A stretch of DNA of 64,000 nucleotides from Chrysomallon squamiferum. Its lineage: Eukaryota > Animalia > Mollusca. This document shows positions 60,413 to 64,000 of this stretch, piece by piece. The position numbers and the translations under genes are program-made. A model generated the notes under the pieces. The model was not told the DNA's origin. It made no database searches and saw only the letters and a list, made by a program, of their open reading frames with translations. The DNA lies in the NCBI GenBank assembly GCA_012295275.1, contig CM022679.1, forward strand, positions 26,660,001 to 26,724,000, written 5' to 3'. The number at the start of each line of letters is the position of its first letter. Position 1 is the first letter of the stretch.

Positions 60413-61186
60413 GTAGGTAAATATAGCAACAGGAAAATAAATAGTTCCACATTTCTTATTTCGATATATACCGAGTTCCGTTAATTTATTCATTTTGCTG
60501 TAAAACATACTAGCGGTCATCATCTCCTTCCAAACTAGACCTGAAGACAATTACAGGTGTGGCAAGCCCCAACCCCTCCCCCCTCTTTTATTAAAACGCA
60601 AGCTCCGTTCCTTACACGTTCGTTTATATTTCATGATTTTTATAACGATTTGCGTACAACTTTCATTGCGACGTAATCATTATTAGTACTGTAGGATAAC
60701 AACCGGTTTTAATTACGACAATCTAAGGGCACATTGACGTTTGAACTGAGTAGTGTGGTAATAGTTAAAATGTTACTGGTTAAATGAAAGCAGTTGAATG
60801 TAAGGAATGCGTTGACTAACGTAGAAAGAATGTTTGTCACGTATAGCTGTATCAGAAAACGTTAATGGCGATCGTAGCGAAAAAATTATACTGCAGATAC
60901 TAACATTTGTGCAGCGACATCAAAACGATACCAAATCACAGCAGCATCGAGGACAATATTTACATCAGTACAATTAGGTAAAAGAGATTTTGCGATTCAC
61001 GTCTAGAGAAAGTAATACATTTATATTGATAATGTAACTGATATATGTTAGACATTCGAAATTTACATCAGACAAACCAATTATACTTAATTATATATAT
61101 ATAACTATATATATATATACACACACACACACATATACACACACATATACACACATATATACACACACACATATACACATATATAC

Positions 61187-61221
<35 letters not shown>

Positions 61222-61397
61222 TATTATACAAAATTATATATAAAATTGTAGATATACAAAGATTGATCCGTACACTCTTTCAAACATACATATTTTATAC
61301 ATACATACATACACACACGTACTTGTAATAAATAATTGCGAATATATGTCTAATAAAGATATAAACAGTAAATACATAGAGATACACTCATGAACAC

Positions 61398-61446
<49 letters not shown>

Positions 61447-61724
61447 GAGATAACACCAGGATTAAGCACACATTCCACACAGATAACTGTTTCCCAACAA
61501 AAATAAATATTCCGGTAATATCTGTGTCTATCTATCTAGTTCGTAGAATGAATCATTTCTTCTGGGTTATTTTTTTCTTCTTCTTTATATTGATCTACTG
61601 TTGCAGCACATTTCAAACTGACATCATCTCTGTCATTACGCTGGCCTGGTCTGGTGTGTGGGTTAATAATAACGGAAAATCGAGACATCTCAACTTAACT
61701 TGTGTGTCCCAATTTAGTCAAGTC

Positions 61725-62040
61725 TCCGATGGTTTAACGGTTAGAACGCGATCCTCAGACATGATAGATCGCAAGGTCAAACCTCCTCCAGGGGCCACCC
61801 TGGCTTTTTTTTTTTTTTTTTTTTTCCATTATAGCCACTGCTTCACGTTTGCTGCATCACAGACGGTAGAAAAAAATGTTGCTGTCTGTGAGAAGGTGCA
61901 TATAAAACGCGCCTTCCTGCTGATAGTAAGAAATACAACATTAGTTGAGCAGAAGCGAGTTTCCTGTCGTATTATGATGATGTTAAACTCTAATGAAGAC
62001 ATATGGCATAGATTAAATAAAATAATTATTCTGGGTTTTT
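61725..62040 (+). mobile_element. Degenerate tRNA-headed SINE in Nmdar2 intron 3
   Basis: tRNA-like head (ggtttaacggttagaacgc...gatcgcaaggtcaaacc), followed by a body (ctgtctgtgagaaggtgcatataaaacgcgccttcctgctgat...gcgagtttcct) resembling from memory the central domain of molluscan SINEs; related to the copy at 42270. Confidence 0.55.
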
Positions 62041-62271
62041 TCACTTCAAGAATTTTATAGCTGTCTGTCTATGTGTTGAATAGTTTCTTGATGAATTCTT
62101 GATAAAAATGCATACAACCAAACCCCATTCCCAGGTAATAATAATATGTAATCAGACGGATTTGATCGTATTGCAATAAGTTAATAAGTTTCAGTTAATT
62201 ATTCAGTTAGTGTACTGAATTGGCTGATTTGTTGCCAACACGTGTATATGTGATCTTTCGTTCTGTTGCAG

Positions 62272-62405
62272 ACTGGAGTCAAAGTACATCCTCGATTACG
62301 CTAAGGCTATGAGTCTGACTACAGCAGACTACGTCTGGATTCTTAGTCAGACGGCTATTCCAACAGCCAAATTTGCCCCCTCGTCTTTCCATCTTGGAAT
62401 GCTTG
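62272..62405 (+). CDS. Nmdar2: Nmdar2-like coding exon 4 (absent from the ORF track)
   Basis: Acceptor tttcgttctgttgcag| at 62271. Reads LESKYILDYAKAMSLTTADYVWILSQTAIPTAKFAPSSFHLGML(G), with the typical LT...YVWI and F..GMLG NMDAR motifs. Donor G|GTAAGA at 62406, phase 1. Confidence 0.92.
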
Positions 62406-62603
62406 GTAAGAGAAGAACTATTCGTAAAATATGAAATTACATACATACATACATACAAATAATTTTTTGAAAAATATGTGAATGAAAAGAAAGAGAGAAA
62501 GAATGAAAAGAGAATAAAAACCCACACAAACACATTCACATACACATATATTCATGTTCACAGAAACACAATGTATACACACATAGATAAATACATACGT
62601 ACG

Positions 62604-62652
<49 letters not shown>

Positions 62653-62853
62653 TCATACGTACGTATACACATAGATACATACATACATAAATCATACATA
62701 CCTACGTACATACATACATATATATATATACATTCATACGTACGTATAGACATAGATACATACATACATATGCATATTTTATGCATACACACACAAACAC
62801 GCACGCACGCACGCACACACACACACGTGTAATTTGACGCACTGTGTTACCAG

Positions 62854-63040
62854 GTATAGCGTACGACCACCACAAGGGTGCCATGGAGAACGCGATCAAG
62901 ACGGCGGTGACGATATGGGTGACGGCGCTCAAAGACATCGCCAGCAAGCGAGGAATGGCGTCTCGCCTCAACATCGTCCCCAACCAGAACTGCAACAAAA
63001 CGGGCTCCATCTACTGGGAAGAGGGCAAACACATGTACAG
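62854..63040 (+). CDS. Nmdar2: Nmdar2-like coding exon 5; gene continues past the window end
   Basis: Acceptor ttaccag| at 62853. Reads (G)IAYDHHKGAMENAIKTAVTIWVTALKDIASKRGMASRLNIVPNQNCNKTGSIYWEEGKHMY(R), with the conserved C......W..G ATD segment. Donor AG|GTGATA at 63041, phase 2. Confidence 0.9.
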
Positions 63041-63784
63041 GTGATAATACACAGCCTAACTTTGTTGTTTTACTTACATCTGAGCTGACAGTAATAATTG
63101 TGTAATAATCTTTTTGTATTATCTAGAATGTATTGTTTTCGTTTTATGCTTTCAGTGTAAATATTAATGTAAATCGTTATTATATACAGAAGTAAAGTAA
63201 TTTTGTAGATACCTGTATTTTGGTACCAGGGATATATAGTCTGTCTATCTATTTGTCTGTCTGTCTGCACGTGTGTATGTATGTATGTATGTATGTATGT
63301 ATGTATGTATGTATGTATGTATGTATGTATGTATGTATGTATGTATGTATGTATGTATGTTTGTCTGTATGTATATGTTTATTTTTCTGTCTATTTATCT
63401 ATCTGTCTGTCTGCCTACCCACCTGCTTGTTTGTCAATTTATTTATTTTATTTATTTTATTTATTTTATTTATTTTTTTTATTATATCAGCTTGTTGTAT
63501 CAATAGCAAAATTTCGTAGCTAGCTAAAAGTTTATATAAATATCTCTGACATATTTCTAAGAATAATGCGTTTCAATCCGTTGTTATATACTTAAAATGA
63601 TTGATTATGTTACTGATTATTATGTAAGCATTATTCCTACCAGTTACATATCGAGACTTGTAAAAAAAAATTTGTTAAGGGAGATAACTCATGTTCTCAC
63701 CCAAGACGACAGTAATTATGTCCCCTTGTAAAAATTAAATCTTTTTTTTTCAAATTCTGTATAGGTTTATTGTTATGGTTCCTG

Positions 63785-63824
<40 letters not shown>

Positions 63825-63850
63825 TTTTATAAACTGTATTACTGATGAGA

Positions 63851-63924
<74 letters not shown>

Positions 63925-64000
63925 ATATCTTCAAATAATCCGATTATATCAGAAAACATTAATGAAAATAAAGCATTACGTATTATCACTGTCTGTTTCA

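Noticed and set aside
63740-63830. Possible exon 6 after ttctgtatag at ~63764
   Set aside because: Reads FIVMVPDYLFI into (ATTT)n, with no resemblance to the expected YL.NVS-type continuation.

Overview
AT-rich, microsatellite-dense animal genomic DNA (invertebrate; the SINE remnants and repeat style suggest a lophotrochozoan, possibly a gastropod, but this is inference). Almost all ORFs in the supplied track are artefacts of simple repeats. The one firmly supported gene is on the + strand: the first five coding exons (50108-50533, 59370-59584, 60296-60412, 62272-62405, 62854-63040) of an invertebrate NMDA-type glutamate receptor subunit 2 (Nmdar2/GluN2-like). They splice in frame through GT-AG junctions and encode a signal peptide plus most of the amino-terminal domain; the gene continues beyond the window. 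The upstream 48 kb has no recognisable coding gene. It holds minisatellites (23, 26, ~38, 43 and 53 bp units), a ~480 bp (AAT)n tract, degenerate tRNA-headed SINEs, CpG-rich patches with CTCF-, NRF1-, RFX- and CRE-like motifs, and one clean 198-nt candidate exon on the - strand. The best leads are in-frame alternative splice sites of exon 2 (one at the loop homologous to the vertebrate GluN1 exon-5 cassette), the orphan minus-strand exon, and a co-oriented series of CTCF-like sites. No evidence of a new multi-gene system was found.
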